From: an uncultured Candidatus Saccharibacteria bacterium
GTDB lineage: Bacteria; Patescibacteriota; Minisyncoccia; Phycocordibacterales; UBA5272
Reading direction: 5' to 3'
Assembly: GCA_964648875.1 (NCBI GenBank)
Contig: CAZYMY010000001.1
Coordinates: 8,302 to 36,720, forward strand
DNA: 28,419 bases
The translations under genes and the position numbers were made by a program. Below the pieces are notes generated by a model. It searched no databases. It saw only the letters and a list, made by a program, of their open reading frames with translations, and was not told where the DNA came from. Below, one piece after another: positions 7,510 through 17,352 of the stretch. Numbering within the stretch: position 1 is the stretch's first letter; each line of letters begins with the position of its first letter.

Positions 7510-9405
7510 ATGAGTAAAATTATTGGTATAGATTTAGGAACAACAAATTCAGCGGTGGCTATTATAGAAGCTGGTCATCCAAAAATAATAGAAAATGTAG
7601 AAGGCTATCGTACAACTCCTTCTGTTATTTCTTATACAAAAAACGGAGAAAGATCAGTAGGTGTGACAGCAAAAAGACAATCAGTGATAAATCCAGAAAA
7701 TACAATTTATGGAGTAAAAAGATATATGGGTCACTCTTTTAAAGATAAAGAAGTACAAAATGATATAGGAAATGTAGCATACAAATTAAAAGAAGGTGAA
7801 AATGGTTCTGTACTTGTCACACTTTCTGGAAAAGATTATAGACCAGAAGAAGTTTCAGCTATGATTTTGCAAAAAATAAAAGCAGATGTAGAGTCAAAGC
7901 TCGGTGAAAAAATCACAGAAGCAGTCATCACTGTGCCAGCATATTTCAATGATACACAAAGACAAGCTACAGTCGACGCCGGTAAAATCGCAGGACTTGA
8001 TGTAAAAAGAATTATTCCAGAGCCTACAGCCGCAGCGCTTGCATATGGATTCAATTCAAATAGAAATGAAAAACTTGCAGTATTTGATTTTGGAGGAGGA
8101 ACTTTTGATATTTCTATTCTTGAAGTTGGAGACGGTGTAGTAGAGGTAAAATCTGTAGACGGAGACTCTCACTTAGGAGGCAGGGATATAGATCAAAAGA
8201 TAATAAGATTTATTGCTGATAAATTTAAAGCAGAGACAGGCATAGATGTGACAAAAGACACACTTGCTCTTCAAAGAATTGATGAGTCTGCAGAAAAAGC
8301 AAAACATGAGCTTTCAACACAATCAGAATCAGAAATATTTTTACCATTTCTTGCAGCAGGACAAGATGGACCAAAAAATCTTCAAATGAAATTGACTCGC
8401 GCAGAATTGGAAAATATTGCTAGACCTTTTGTAGAAAGAACAATAGAAATCACAAAAAGAGCATTAGAAAATTCTCCATTTAAAAAAGAAGAAATACATG
8501 ATGTTATACTCGTTGGCGGTCAAACAAGAATGCCTATGGTGATAGAAGCTGTTAAAAATCTTTTTGGTAAAGAACCAAATAGATCTATCAATCCAGATGA
8601 AGTGGTGGCGCTCGGTGCTGCTGTACAAGCTGGAGTACTTCAAGGAGATGTAAAAGATGTTTTACTTCTTGATGTTATACCTCTTTCACTTGGTATTGAG
8701 ACAATGGGAAATGTTGCCACAAAACTTGTAGAGAAAAATACAACTATCCCTACACAAAGATCTCAAGTTTTTTCTACAGCTGCTGATAATCAAACTTCAG
8801 TAGAGATTCACATAGTGCAAGGTGAAAGACCCATGGCACAAGACAATAAATCTCTTGGTAGATTTATACTTGATGGTATTCCTCCTGCACCTCGTGGTAT
8901 GCCACAAGTGGAAGTCACTTTTGATCTCGATGCAAATGGTATTTTAAATGTAAAAGCAAAAGATAAAACAAGTGGTAAAGAGCAATCTATAAGAATAGAA
9001 GCAAGCTCAGGGCTCACAGATGAAGATATAAAAAGAATGCAAAATGAAGCAGAAGCAAATGCAGAAATAGATAAAAAGAAAATGGAAATTGCAGAAGCAA
9101 AAAATCTTGCAGATCAGATGATACATACTTCTGAGAAGGCTCTTAAAGACGCTGAAGGTAAAATACCTGATGATATAAAAAATGAAGTCACACAAAAAAG
9201 AATTGATCTTACATCTATCAAAAATAGCCCTGAAAGCTCTCTAGAAGCCATAAAAAAGGCCACAGAAGAGCTTTCTGAGGTAATGATGAAGATTGGGGAA
9301 GCAATGAAAACTTCAAATGATCAGGCTCAAAATTCTAATACAGCTACAGAAAATCCTTCACAAGAGAATAATAGTGAAAATACAAATAATGAGACACAGA
9401 GCTAA
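7510..9405 (+). CDS. dnaK: Chaperone DnaK (Hsp70)
   Basis: [50 protein letters not shown]. Confidence 0.99.
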   Translation: MSKIIGIDLGTTNSAVAIIEAGHPKIIENVEGYRTTPSVISYTKNGERSVGVTAKRQSVINPENTIYGVKRYMGHSFKDKEVQNDIGNVAYKLKEGENGSVLVTLSGKDYRPEEVSAMILQKIKADVESKLGEKITEAVITVPAYFNDTQRQATVDAGKIAGLDVKRIIPEPTAAALAYGFNSNRNEKLAVFDFGGGTFDISILEVGDGVVEVKSVDGDSHLGGRDIDQKIIRFIADKFKAETGIDVTKDTLALQRIDESAEKAKHELSTQSESEIFLPFLAAGQDGPKNLQMKLTRAELENIARPFVERTIEITKRALENSPFKKEEIHDVILVGGQTRMPMVIEAVKNLFGKEPNRSINPDEVVALGAAVQAGVLQGDVKDVLLLDVIPLSLGIETMGNVATKLVEKNTTIPTQRSQVFSTAADNQTSVEIHIVQGERPMAQDNKSLGRFILDGIPPAPRGMPQVEVTFDLDANGILNVKAKDKTSGKEQSIRIEASSGLTDEDIKRMQNEAEANAEIDKKKMEIAEAKNLADQMIHTSEKALKDAEGKIPDDIKNEVTQKRIDLTSIKNSPESSLEAIKKATEELSEVMMKIGEAMKTSNDQAQNSNTATENPSQENNSENTNNETQS

Positions 9406-9416
9406 TTAAAGTTTTA

Positions 9417-9445
9417 TAGAAATACAAATTAATTTTGTATTTCTA
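9417..9445. promoter_or_regulatory. Perfect 12-bp inverted repeat (terminator or operator) between dnaK and hicB
   Basis: TAGAAATACAAA-ttaat-TTTGTATTTCTA. Confidence 0.5.
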
Positions 9446-9494
9446 ATAAGGTTTTGATTTTTTGCAAAAAGTTGTATAATTATATTATAAATAT

Positions 9495-9722
9495 ATGAAG
9501 TCAATAATTCAATTTAAGATAGAAAAAGGAGAAAAATACTATGTTGCTAGTGGTATAGATTTACCTATCATTACTCAAGCAAAAACACTTGATGAGTTGG
9601 CGAAAAATATTCGAGAAGCAACAGATCTACATTTACAAAACGCAGATTATAAGAAATTAAATTTTGTAAAAAGCCCTTCTATATTTTTGAGTTTTGAGCT
9701 TCCAAATTTAAAATATGCCTAA
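9495..9722 (+). CDS. hicB: HicB-family antitoxin (short, no evident DNA-binding domain)
   Basis: YYVASGIDLPIITQAKTLDELAKNIREATDLHL matches the HicB partial RNase H fold; overlaps hicA by 8 nt. Confidence 0.8.
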   Translation: MKSIIQFKIEKGEKYYVASGIDLPIITQAKTLDELAKNIREATDLHLQNADYKKLNFVKSPSIFLSFELPNLKYA

Positions 9723-9957
9723 GCTTTTAAGATTAAAGTCAAAAGATATAATAAAAATATTTTTTGATTTTGGTTTCGAAATAATTTCTCAAAAAGGTAG
9801 TCATATAAAAATTTCAAGGAAATCAAAAATAGGTGATAGTCAATCTATGACAATACCAAATCATAAAGAAATGGATATTGGTACTATAAAAGCAATTTAC
9901 AATCAAGCTTTAAAATATATTTCTGAAGAAGAACTTTATAAAAGATTTTATAAATAA
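9715..9957 (+). CDS. hicA: HicA-family toxin (mRNA interferase)
   Basis: FGFEIISQKGSHIKI...TIPNHKEMDIGTIKAI, with the catalytic GSH motif. Confidence 0.9.
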   Translation: MPKLLRLKSKDIIKIFFDFGFEIISQKGSHIKISRKSKIGDSQSMTIPNHKEMDIGTIKAIYNQALKYISEEELYKRFYK

Positions 9958-9981
9958 TTTAAATTTATTAAAATAAAATGT

Positions 9982-10446
9982 ATGAAAGATAAATTGTCAT
10001 TTAAGAGGGTAAAGCAAGATCAATATAAGATAATATTAGACTTAGAAAAATTAGTTTCTAATAATTATACATATTGTCCTACATTTAAAGAGGATGAAAT
10101 AAAAGAAGAAATTAAAAATAATGAATCTTATATTATTTACAAAAATAAAGATTTAGTTGGTAGTATATCTTATTGTATAAAAAATAAAAAAGTATATATT
10201 TCAGATTTGATAGTGATACCTCCTTTTCAAGGATTGGGTATAGGTTCAAAAGCTATAGATTTTGTTCTAAAAAAGAATAAAAGTTTTAATAATATTTGGC
10301 TTGTGACACATCCACACAATTCTCCTGCTATTAAAATTTATTTATCAAAAGGATTTATCATAAAAGAGTGGAAAGATAATTATTTTAGAGATGGTCAACC
10401 AAGGCTTGTATTAGAAAAGAAAAATAAAATTTCTAAAAAAATTTAA
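9982..10446 (+). CDS. GNAT-family N-acetyltransferase (RimI-like)
   Basis: Motif [17 protein letters not shown]; motif [14 protein letters not shown]. Confidence 0.88.
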   Translation: MKDKLSFKRVKQDQYKIILDLEKLVSNNYTYCPTFKEDEIKEEIKNNESYIIYKNKDLVGSISYCIKNKKVYISDLIVIPPFQGLGIGSKAIDFVLKKNKSFNNIWLVTHPHNSPAIKIYLSKGFIIKEWKDNYFRDGQPRLVLEKKNKISKKI

Positions 10447-10449
10447 TTT

Positions 10450-10458
10450 TGATATAAT
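10450..10458 (+). promoter_or_regulatory. Extended -10 promoter of dinD(-dnaJ)
   Basis: TGaTATAAT ends 10 nt before the dinD ATG. Confidence 0.5.
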
Positions 10459-10468
10459 AAAAATTATT

Positions 10469-11308
10469 ATGAATAATACTTTAGAAATAATTCCAAATAA
10501 AAATATTAAATCTTTTGAAGAGATAAAACATTATACTGAATATGGTGCTGAGTATTGGCTTGCTAGAGAATTGATGGAGATATTAACTTATGAAAAATGG
10601 GAAAATTTTGAAAAAGTCTTAAAAAAAGCTATTCTATCTTGTGATACAACAGGAGCTGATAGCAGTCAAGAGTTTTTGCTGACGTCAGGAAAAACTATTG
10701 ACAAAGGTGGAAGACCTGGCAAAGATTATATTTTGTCTCGTTTTGCTTGTTATTTGATAGCTCAAAATGGAGACCCAAATAAAAAAGCAATCGCAGATGC
10801 TCAGAGATATTTTGCTTCTCAGACTAGATTACAGGAATTGTATCAATTAGAAATAGAAGATAGAAAAAGAGTAATGTTAAGAGAAGAGATGAAAAGACAT
10901 AATGCTCATTTAGCTAGTGCTGCAAAAAATGCTGGAGTTTTAGATAATTTTGATTATGCAATTTTTCAAAACTTTGGTTATAAAGGTCTTTATGGAGGTC
11001 TTGATATGAAAGAAATACATAATAGAAAGAAATTAAAGCTCACGGAAAAGATTTTAGATTTTATGAATAGTGAAGAATTGGCCGCAAATCTTTTTCGAGC
11101 TACTCAGACAGAAGCAAAATTAAAAAGAGAAAATATTAAAGGTAAAGATAAAGCAAATAAAGCACATTATGATATTGGTAAAGAAGTTAGAGAAACAATA
11201 AAAAAAATAGGTGGTACAATGCCAGAAAATTTAAAAACTCCGCAATCGCTTAAAAAAAGTATAACAAAGTTAAAAAAGATTGATAAGGCTAAAAACAAAT
11301 TAAAATAA
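10469..11308 (+). CDS. dinD: DNA damage-inducible protein D
   Basis: [62 protein letters not shown], as in E. coli DinD. Confidence 0.92.
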   Translation: MNNTLEIIPNKNIKSFEEIKHYTEYGAEYWLARELMEILTYEKWENFEKVLKKAILSCDTTGADSSQEFLLTSGKTIDKGGRPGKDYILSRFACYLIAQNGDPNKKAIADAQRYFASQTRLQELYQLEIEDRKRVMLREEMKRHNAHLASAAKNAGVLDNFDYAIFQNFGYKGLYGGLDMKEIHNRKKLKLTEKILDFMNSEELAANLFRATQTEAKLKRENIKGKDKANKAHYDIGKEVRETIKKIGGTMPENLKTPQSLKKSITKLKKIDKAKNKLK

Positions 11309-11313
11309 AAATT

Positions 11314-12435
11314 ATGTCACAGAAAAATTATTATGAATTATTGGGAGTAACAAAGGGAGCTAGTAAAGAGGAAATAAAAAAAGCCTTTTATAAACTTGCA
11401 GCAAAATATCATCCAGATAAAAAAGGAGGTGATGAAGCTAAATTTAAAGAAGTAAATGAAGCATATCAAGTACTTTCAAATGATCAAAAGAGAAAAGAAT
11501 ATGATATGTATGGCCAGACATTTTCTGGTGCTGGAAGCCAAAATGGCGCTGGAGCAAGTGGATTTGGACAAGGCCAAGGATTTGGTGGTTTTGATTTTTC
11601 TGGATTCAATCAAGGAGACTTTCAAAATATGAATTTTGATTTTGAAGATTTGGGAGATATATTTGGAGATATATTTGGTGGAGGATTTTCTTCACATTCT
11701 AAAACAAAAAGAGGTAGAGACATGTCTCTTGAAATGGATATTAATTTTGAAGAATCTATTTTTGGAGTGGAGAGAAATGTATTGATTTCAAAAATATCAA
11801 AATGTAAAACTTGTGCTGGGTCTGGAGCTAAAGTTGGCACAAAGATGGAAACATGTAAAAAATGTAATGGAAAAGGAAAAATAAATGATATAAAAAGGAC
11901 AATATTTGGTGCAATGCAATCTGTAAAATTATGTGATGATTGTCATGGGAAAGGGGAATCTCCAAAAGAAAAATGTAATATTTGTCATGGACAAGGTGTA
12001 TTAAATACAAAAGAAGATATAAAAATAAATATACCAGCAGGTATAAATAGTGGAGAAGTTTTGAGAATGACAGGTATGGGTGAAGCTATTCAAAATGGTC
12101 AATCAGGAGATCTTTATGTAAAAATATTAGTAAAGGTACATAAAATATGGAAAAGGGAAGGACATAATCTTATTATCAATCAAGATATAAAATTATCTGA
12201 TGCTATACTAGGAGCAAAATATACAATATCAGGCATAGATGGAAATATAGAAATAGATATACCAAAAGGTGCAAATCCAAATGATATTTTGATTGTAAAA
12301 GGTAGAGGAGTGCCTTTTGCAAATAATAAAAATAATAGAGGAGACGTACTTATAAATTTGAATATACAAATACCAAAGAAAATCTCAAAAAAATTAGAAG
12401 ATTTTATAAAAGAATTAAAGAAAGAAGGTTTTTAA
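11314..12435 (+). CDS. dnaJ: Chaperone DnaJ
   Basis: J domain with HPD, G/F-rich region, four CxxCxGxG repeats, C-terminal substrate-binding domain. Confidence 0.98.
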   Translation: MSQKNYYELLGVTKGASKEEIKKAFYKLAAKYHPDKKGGDEAKFKEVNEAYQVLSNDQKRKEYDMYGQTFSGAGSQNGAGASGFGQGQGFGGFDFSGFNQGDFQNMNFDFEDLGDIFGDIFGGGFSSHSKTKRGRDMSLEMDINFEESIFGVERNVLISKISKCKTCAGSGAKVGTKMETCKKCNGKGKINDIKRTIFGAMQSVKLCDDCHGKGESPKEKCNICHGQGVLNTKEDIKINIPAGINSGEVLRMTGMGEAIQNGQSGDLYVKILVKVHKIWKREGHNLIINQDIKLSDAILGAKYTISGIDGNIEIDIPKGANPNDILIVKGRGVPFANNKNNRGDVLINLNIQIPKKISKKLEDFIKELKKEGF

Positions 12436-12446
12436 AATAGAAAAAA

Positions 12447-12620
12447 TTAATTTTTATTTACAATATCAGCACCATTCATATAAAACACTATAAAGAGTAA
12501 TATTATTATTACTAAGAGTATAAAAGTCACGACAAAATTTTTTTTGCCTTTATCTTCTTCTATAATAATATTATTAGAATTTATATTATTTGTATTGTGA
12601 TCTAAATTTTGCAATTCCAT
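12447..12620 (-). CDS. 57-aa single-pass membrane microprotein (not in ORF track)
   Basis: Hand translation: MELQNLDHNTNNINSNNIIIEEDKGKKNFVVTFILLVIIILLFIVFYMNGADIVNKN*. It fills the dnaJ-tRNA gap. Confidence 0.6.
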   Translation of the reverse strand: MELQNLDHNTNNINSNNIIIEEDKGKKNFVVTFILLVIIILLFIVFYMNGADIVNKN

Positions 12621-12722
12621 AATAAAAATAATTTATATTATAATATTATTTTACCATAAATTTTTATATAAAATATTTATTTCAAAAAATACGCTTTTAG
12701 TGTATAATTTATAAATATAATT

Positions 12723-12793
12723 TGCCAGTTCGTCTAATGGTAGGACATATCCCTCTGGAGGATAGTATTGGGGTTCGAGTCCCTGACTGGCAG
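12723..12793 (+). tRNA. tRNA-Gln (anticodon CTG)
   Basis: Acceptor TGCCAGT/ACTGGCA, D arm GTC-TAATGGTAG-GAC, anticodon arm TATCC-CTCTGGA-GGATA, TTCGAGT loop; CCA not encoded. Confidence 0.93.
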
Positions 12794-12850
12794 CAAATAA
12801 TTTATTTTTTTAAAACAAAAAAGATCCATTCAGTATTTTACTAAATGAAT

Positions 12851-13306
12851 CTAAAATAAGATAGTTAGAATTAGATACCCAATAACATTTGTAGCAAAGG
12901 TGCTACAAATAAAATATAAATATATTTTTAAATTAGGTATATTATCCCAACTGTATGATCCTTCCCGGTACCACAGTACTATAAGAAAAGAATCATAGGC
13001 AGTCATTATTACGAACAATAATAACTTTAGGCTAGAGGTTTTCTTCTTTTTGCTCTCTATTATTTTCCTTTCCTCTATCAAAAGAAAGTCCATTTTATTT
13101 AAATCATAGAATATGATCATAGATATAGTGAACAGAAAAGTAAAAATAACCATTAGAAAGAAAGTAAAAATCCCTTCTCCAAAAAACAAAAAGATTTGCC
13201 AAGACAGTAGCATCTTTATACCATTTATGGCTTTATATAGCGTTAACCCCATATAGCCGTCGGTATATATTTTTTTTTCTTTTTTTGCCATCTTTTCTTC
13301 TAGCAT
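12851..13306 (-). CDS. Hypothetical membrane protein
   Basis: 151 aa with about 4 hydrophobic segments. Confidence 0.7.
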   Translation of the reverse strand: MLEEKMAKKEKKIYTDGYMGLTLYKAINGIKMLLSWQIFLFFGEGIFTFFLMVIFTFLFTISMIIFYDLNKMDFLLIEERKIIESKKKKTSSLKLLLFVIMTAYDSFLIVLWYREGSYSWDNIPNLKIYLYFICSTFATNVIGYLILTILF

Positions 13307-13452
13307 TTTCTATTTTTTATATTTACTAATATTATACTAACCTACTTTTTGATTTTATACAAGGTATAAATTGTCGATTATGTCAATATTACAAAAAAGC
13401 TTATTTATTATATACTTCTAATACGTTTAACATAATAACGCTAATCATATTT

Positions 13453-14079
13453 ATGGACTTTGCAGGATATTCAATTTTACTATCTAGCGATCTAGGATCA
13501 TCTTTGAGTTATATAATCATTTTTTTATTATCTATACTCGATACATTATTTCTTATAGGCACTATATTTCCAGGGGGCCTCATGGTCATGGTTCTTGGAT
13601 TTTTGACAGTATTTACTGGTCTTGATTTATATATTTCTTTTTTTGTAGTATTTTGTGGAGGACTCATAGGGGATTTACTCACATATTATTTTGGTACTCA
13701 TGGTACAAATTGGTTTAAATGTGAAAGTAAACTTTTAAAATTAGCATATTTAGAAAAAGGGCAAAAATTTTTTGAAAAATATGGAGACAAAAGTATTATA
13801 TTAGGTAGATTTATGGGTGTAGTAAAAGCTGTGATACCTTTTGTGGCAGGACTTGTAAAAATGGATTTTAAAAAATTTGTTTATTTGAATATTGTATCTA
13901 GTATTTTATGGACATTTTTATATATATCAATAGGGCTTTTTATAGGAAAGACAGTACATAGTTTTTATATATCAAGAGAGATAAAATTTTTTATAATAGT
14001 ATTACCTTTTGCACTTTTATTTGTTTGGTTGATTTTTGAATATAGAAATAAAATATTAAATTTATTTATTAAAAAATAA
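13453..14079 (+). CDS. DedA-family membrane protein
   Basis: IGTIFPGG, GGLIGDLLTYYFG, FFEKYGDKSIILGRF, IPFVAG. Confidence 0.92.
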   Translation: MDFAGYSILLSSDLGSSLSYIIIFLLSILDTLFLIGTIFPGGLMVMVLGFLTVFTGLDLYISFFVVFCGGLIGDLLTYYFGTHGTNWFKCESKLLKLAYLEKGQKFFEKYGDKSIILGRFMGVVKAVIPFVAGLVKMDFKKFVYLNIVSSILWTFLYISIGLFIGKTVHSFYISREIKFFIIVLPFALLFVWLIFEYRNKILNLFIKK

Positions 14080-14081
14080 AT

Positions 14082-15104
14082 TTAATATTTTACTATTACT
14101 TTTGTACCAAGCTCTGCCCAATTATAAAGTTTCTCTGCTTCTCCTGGACTCAAATTTACACATCCATGTGACCATTGCGATCCAAAATTGTCATGCCAAT
14201 ATGCTCCGTGTATTGCGGCTCCTTGAGCTGTAAAATACATTGTCCAAGGTACTCCAGGCAAATCATATTCATCATCAGATATGCCAGGAAGTGGTCCTTG
14301 CATATATCTACTAGGAGTCTTTTCAAATATACTAAAAGTACCTTTTGGTGTTGGTAAATCATCAAGCCCTGTAGAAATATTTATTTCCATAAATATTTCA
14401 TCATTTTCATATGCATACAATTTTTGCTCACTAGTTTTTATTATTATTTCTTTATTAGTTTCATTTTTAGTACTATATCCTTTTGCATATTTACTTTTTT
14501 CACTTTCAATTATTTCTAAAAATTCAGAAGATATATACCATTCTTTTGCTGTTCTTTCTGGATATCTTACCCATTCATCAAATACTATATGATACCAATC
14601 TATTCCGTCAGAATTTATTATTTCTCCATCAGTTTTTAATACTATATTATTTCTTACACTTGCTATCACAGGGCAAGATATGCTTGGACAGGATCTGGCG
14701 CGTACACAAGAGCCTCCAAAATGCTCGCTGCAGCTATCTATTATCTTCACATACATTCCTGTCTCTTTTATTATATTTTGTTTTATTTCTTCTATTTTTA
14801 TAATAGAAGTAGTAGTAGAAATATTTGTGTTTTCAGTTATTGTGTCAGTAGTAGAGCTAGAAAAATTATCTTTATTATAAGAATCATTATAATATCTAGA
14901 AGAATAGTTAGTAGAAAAATATTTATCTATAACAGGTAAAGTTTCTTTTAATAAAGTTTTTTTAATTAAATCTCCATTAGCAAGATAACTTATATAACCT
15001 AAAATTATAATGCCAAGTATAGATAACAATACTATATTAGCTATATAATATACAGATTTTTTCTTTTTTTCTTTTCTTTCTTTTTGTATAAAAGGTGTTT
15101 CCAT
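14082..15104 (-). CDS. L,D-transpeptidase (YkuD family) with N-terminal anchor and SH3b-like domain
   Basis: ISTG...PTPKGTF, GAAIHGAYWH...SHGCVNL catalytic His/Cys; N-terminal TM helix and S/T-rich linker. Confidence 0.92.
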   Translation of the reverse strand: METPFIQKERKEKKKKSVYYIANIVLLSILGIIILGYISYLANGDLIKKTLLKETLPVIDKYFSTNYSSRYYNDSYNKDNFSSSTTDTITENTNISTTTSIIKIEEIKQNIIKETGMYVKIIDSCSEHFGGSCVRARSCPSISCPVIASVRNNIVLKTDGEIINSDGIDWYHIVFDEWVRYPERTAKEWYISSEFLEIIESEKSKYAKGYSTKNETNKEIIIKTSEQKLYAYENDEIFMEINISTGLDDLPTPKGTFSIFEKTPSRYMQGPLPGISDDEYDLPGVPWTMYFTAQGAAIHGAYWHDNFGSQWSHGCVNLSPGEAEKLYNWAELGTKVIVKY

Positions 15105-15196
15105 TTTTTAATAATTAAATAATTTAAAAACATTATATCAAAAAATGTCTATTTTAAATAATATTTAAATAATAGGGGATAATTTGTAAAAGATAA

Positions 15197-16117
15197 TTAC
15201 TTTTTTATAAGTCTTCCAATTATAAAACCAATAAATAAAGTTAATATTGCTATTGCTGTTGTGATGATATTTGTTTTATTAAATAATTTATTTTCATTTT
15301 GTGTATTATCAATAATATTTTGATTAATATTTTGATTTGTAGAAGTTGATTGATTATTATTTATATCTTGCACATTATCATTTGCATATAAAGTCAATGT
15401 TTCTGGTATTAATGGTGAATCTTCTTTATAATAAGAATATCTAGAGTCTCTTTTTATTTTATCTAATTCTCCGACTATAAAAATAGATTCATTGACATAT
15501 CCTCCTTCATAACAATTTCCTAGCCCAGATACAAGCATTACAATTTTTTTATCAAAACCAGGTATAGCATAACCAGCGAAAGTGAAAGGTTGATCTTTAT
15601 AGCATCCAGATATAATTTGTTCTTTTATCTTTTTACCATTTTGATATATAGTGGCATTAAATGTGCTATGTGAATTAAATTCTGTATCATAAGTTGATTT
15701 TTCAGTTTTAATAAATTTTATATCTATAGTTATATTATTTTTATTAAGATCTATAGTAGATAAATATTTAAAATCATTTGTTATTTCAGATATTTTATTT
15801 GATATGTTTAATAAAGGTGTATTATAATCATAAGGTACTTTATTATTTTTATAATAGTCAGTAACTATTTTTTCGCCTTGTTCGCAAGAATATACTATTT
15901 CTTCTTTTTCGTCGATTAAAGATTTTTTAATAAGTTCTGGAGGACAACCTCTACCGCCATGATCAAATTTTGTATAATATACAGATTCATTTGCTTTGTT
16001 ATATTTAAAAATTCCTATATAAGTTGGTCCACCAACGGTAGCATTTACTATATTTACATTTATAAATATGGTAAAAAATGAAAACAAAATAACAAGCACT
16101 TTTATATTTTTATTCAT
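15197..16117 (-). CDS. Exported protein with C-terminal membrane anchor
   Basis: Signal peptide ending VNA, four Cys, N/Q-rich linker, C-terminal TM helix followed by KK. Confidence 0.8.
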   Translation of the reverse strand: MNKNIKVLVILFSFFTIFINVNIVNATVGGPTYIGIFKYNKANESVYYTKFDHGGRGCPPELIKKSLIDEKEEIVYSCEQGEKIVTDYYKNNKVPYDYNTPLLNISNKISEITNDFKYLSTIDLNKNNITIDIKFIKTEKSTYDTEFNSHSTFNATIYQNGKKIKEQIISGCYKDQPFTFAGYAIPGFDKKIVMLVSGLGNCYEGGYVNESIFIVGELDKIKRDSRYSYYKEDSPLIPETLTLYANDNVQDINNNQSTSTNQNINQNIIDNTQNENKLFNKTNIITTAIAILTLFIGFIIGRLIKK

Positions 16118-16168
16118 AGTTTTGTATAATTGATTATGTATTAATTATACAGCATAAACTGATTTTTG

Positions 16169-16239
16169 CTGCCAGAAGTGGAATCGAACCAATATTCACA
16201 GCTTCAAAGGCTGCTGTCCTACCATTAGACGATCTGGCA
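16169..16239 (-). tRNA. tRNA-Gln (anticodon TTG)
   Basis: Reverse complement: TGCCAGA/TCTGGCA acceptor, GCAGC-CTTTGAA-GCTGT anticodon arm, TTCGATT loop with one T-stem mismatch; CCA not encoded. Confidence 0.92.
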
Positions 16240-16484
16240 AAATTTATGTACAGTATTATAACAAAAAAACTGTATAAATACAAAGTTAAAATAATATAAA
16301 AATAAATTCTATGAATAATATCTTTTATATGTCAATTTTTTTATATTACGACATACAAAAAATTTTTTTCTAGTTGCATTTACATTTTAGTTTAGAGTAT
16401 AATAGATAAATAATAAATTATTAATATTAATTATAAATTTTAGTTTCTTTTATTTTTTATTTAAATCAATTAATCACAAAATAT

Positions 16485-16757
16485 ATGTCATCAAATGAGA
16501 ATTTAAATTTTACTGATAATAGAGAAGATAATCGCGAGAAAGTAATTAAATTAGAAATACCAGAAGAAATAAAAAATGAAATGGAAGATAAAATTCAAGA
16601 TAAAAATCTTTCTTATGTATTAGATGTTTTAAAAAATAATAAATTTGATATTAGAGATAGTCAATATTTTCTAGATTTAGACAACAAACTTTCTCAAGCA
16701 GCATGTTGTCTTACATATAGAAATACAATAGAAAAAACAATACGAATGACAGCTTAA
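16485..16757 (+). CDS. Hypothetical protein
   Basis: 90-aa acidic ORF with an upstream TTGCAT-18-TATAAT (16374-16403). Confidence 0.6.
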   Translation: MSSNENLNFTDNREDNREKVIKLEIPEEIKNEMEDKIQDKNLSYVLDVLKNNKFDIRDSQYFLDLDNKLSQAACCLTYRNTIEKTIRMTA

Positions 16758-16763
16758 ATTTAC

Positions 16764-16772
16764 TGTGGATAA
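16764..16772 (-). promoter_or_regulatory. Perfect DnaA box
   Basis: TGTGGATAA (reverse complement TTATCCACA), intergenic. Confidence 0.45.
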
Positions 16773-16820
16773 CAAATACTAATTTTTAATTGATGTGATA
16801 TTATACAAGTATATAAAACT

Positions 16821-17138
16821 ATGGATGAAAATAACGAAATAGAAGACTCAGATTTGAATCTGGAAATAAAGAATATTTTAAATAAATCCAATTTGTCTTT
16901 TGATGAGACAAGAGCCTTTTTTGATGGATTACAATATCTTCCCGCAGATGATAAAAAGCAATTTATAGAAATATTAAAAGAAGATCCTGAATTGATTTAT
17001 CCTCTTTATATAAATTTTAAAGCAAAATTAAAGCTTTTAGAAGAAGAAGAAAATTCTGGACGCTCTTGGGAAGAAATAGTAGAAAGTGAGGTGGCTGAAC
17101 TTGAAAATTATTTAAATAGTAAAGGTAAAAAAATATAA
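16821..17138 (+). CDS. Hypothetical acidic helical protein
   Basis: 105-aa ORF, first gene of an apparent operon. Confidence 0.72.
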   Translation: MDENNEIEDSDLNLEIKNILNKSNLSFDETRAFFDGLQYLPADDKKQFIEILKEDPELIYPLYINFKAKLKLLEEEENSGRSWEEIVESEVAELENYLNSKGKKI

Positions 17139-17149
17139 TTATTTTATTT

Positions 17150-17338
17150 ATGTATCATTTAGCAAAAATATTTTTGATAATAGGGGGTATAAACTGGGGT
17201 TTGATAGGTATTGGTTTATTTTTAAAAAGAGATTTTAATTTTTTAGCTCTTTTATCTTCATTTTATCCAGATTTACCAGCAATACTTTATTGTGTGATAG
17301 GTGCTTTTGCAATATTTCTTATATTTAAAAGATCTTAG
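17150..17338 (+). CDS. DUF378-family small membrane protein
   Basis: LIIGGINWGLIG...ILYCVIG signature. Confidence 0.85.
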   Translation: MYHLAKIFLIIGGINWGLIGIGLFLKRDFNFLALLSSFYPDLPAILYCVIGAFAIFLIFKRS

Positions 17339-17352
17339 TTTATAAATATATT

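Noticed and set aside
9459-9470. TTTTTGCAAAAA palindrome as a HicB operator
   Set aside because: It is homopolymer-rich and likely by chance in AT-rich DNA, TTGCAA also serves as a -35 elsewhere, and this HicB lacks an evident DNA-binding domain.
9982-10446. GNAT as a second, TacT/AtaT-type toxin
   Set aside because: No RHH/DUF1778 antitoxin is adjacent, and the sequence looks like a generic RimI-like acetyltransferase.
16240-16820. Replication origin
   Set aside because: The region is AT-rich but has only one perfect DnaA box, no box cluster, and no dnaA/dnaN nearby.
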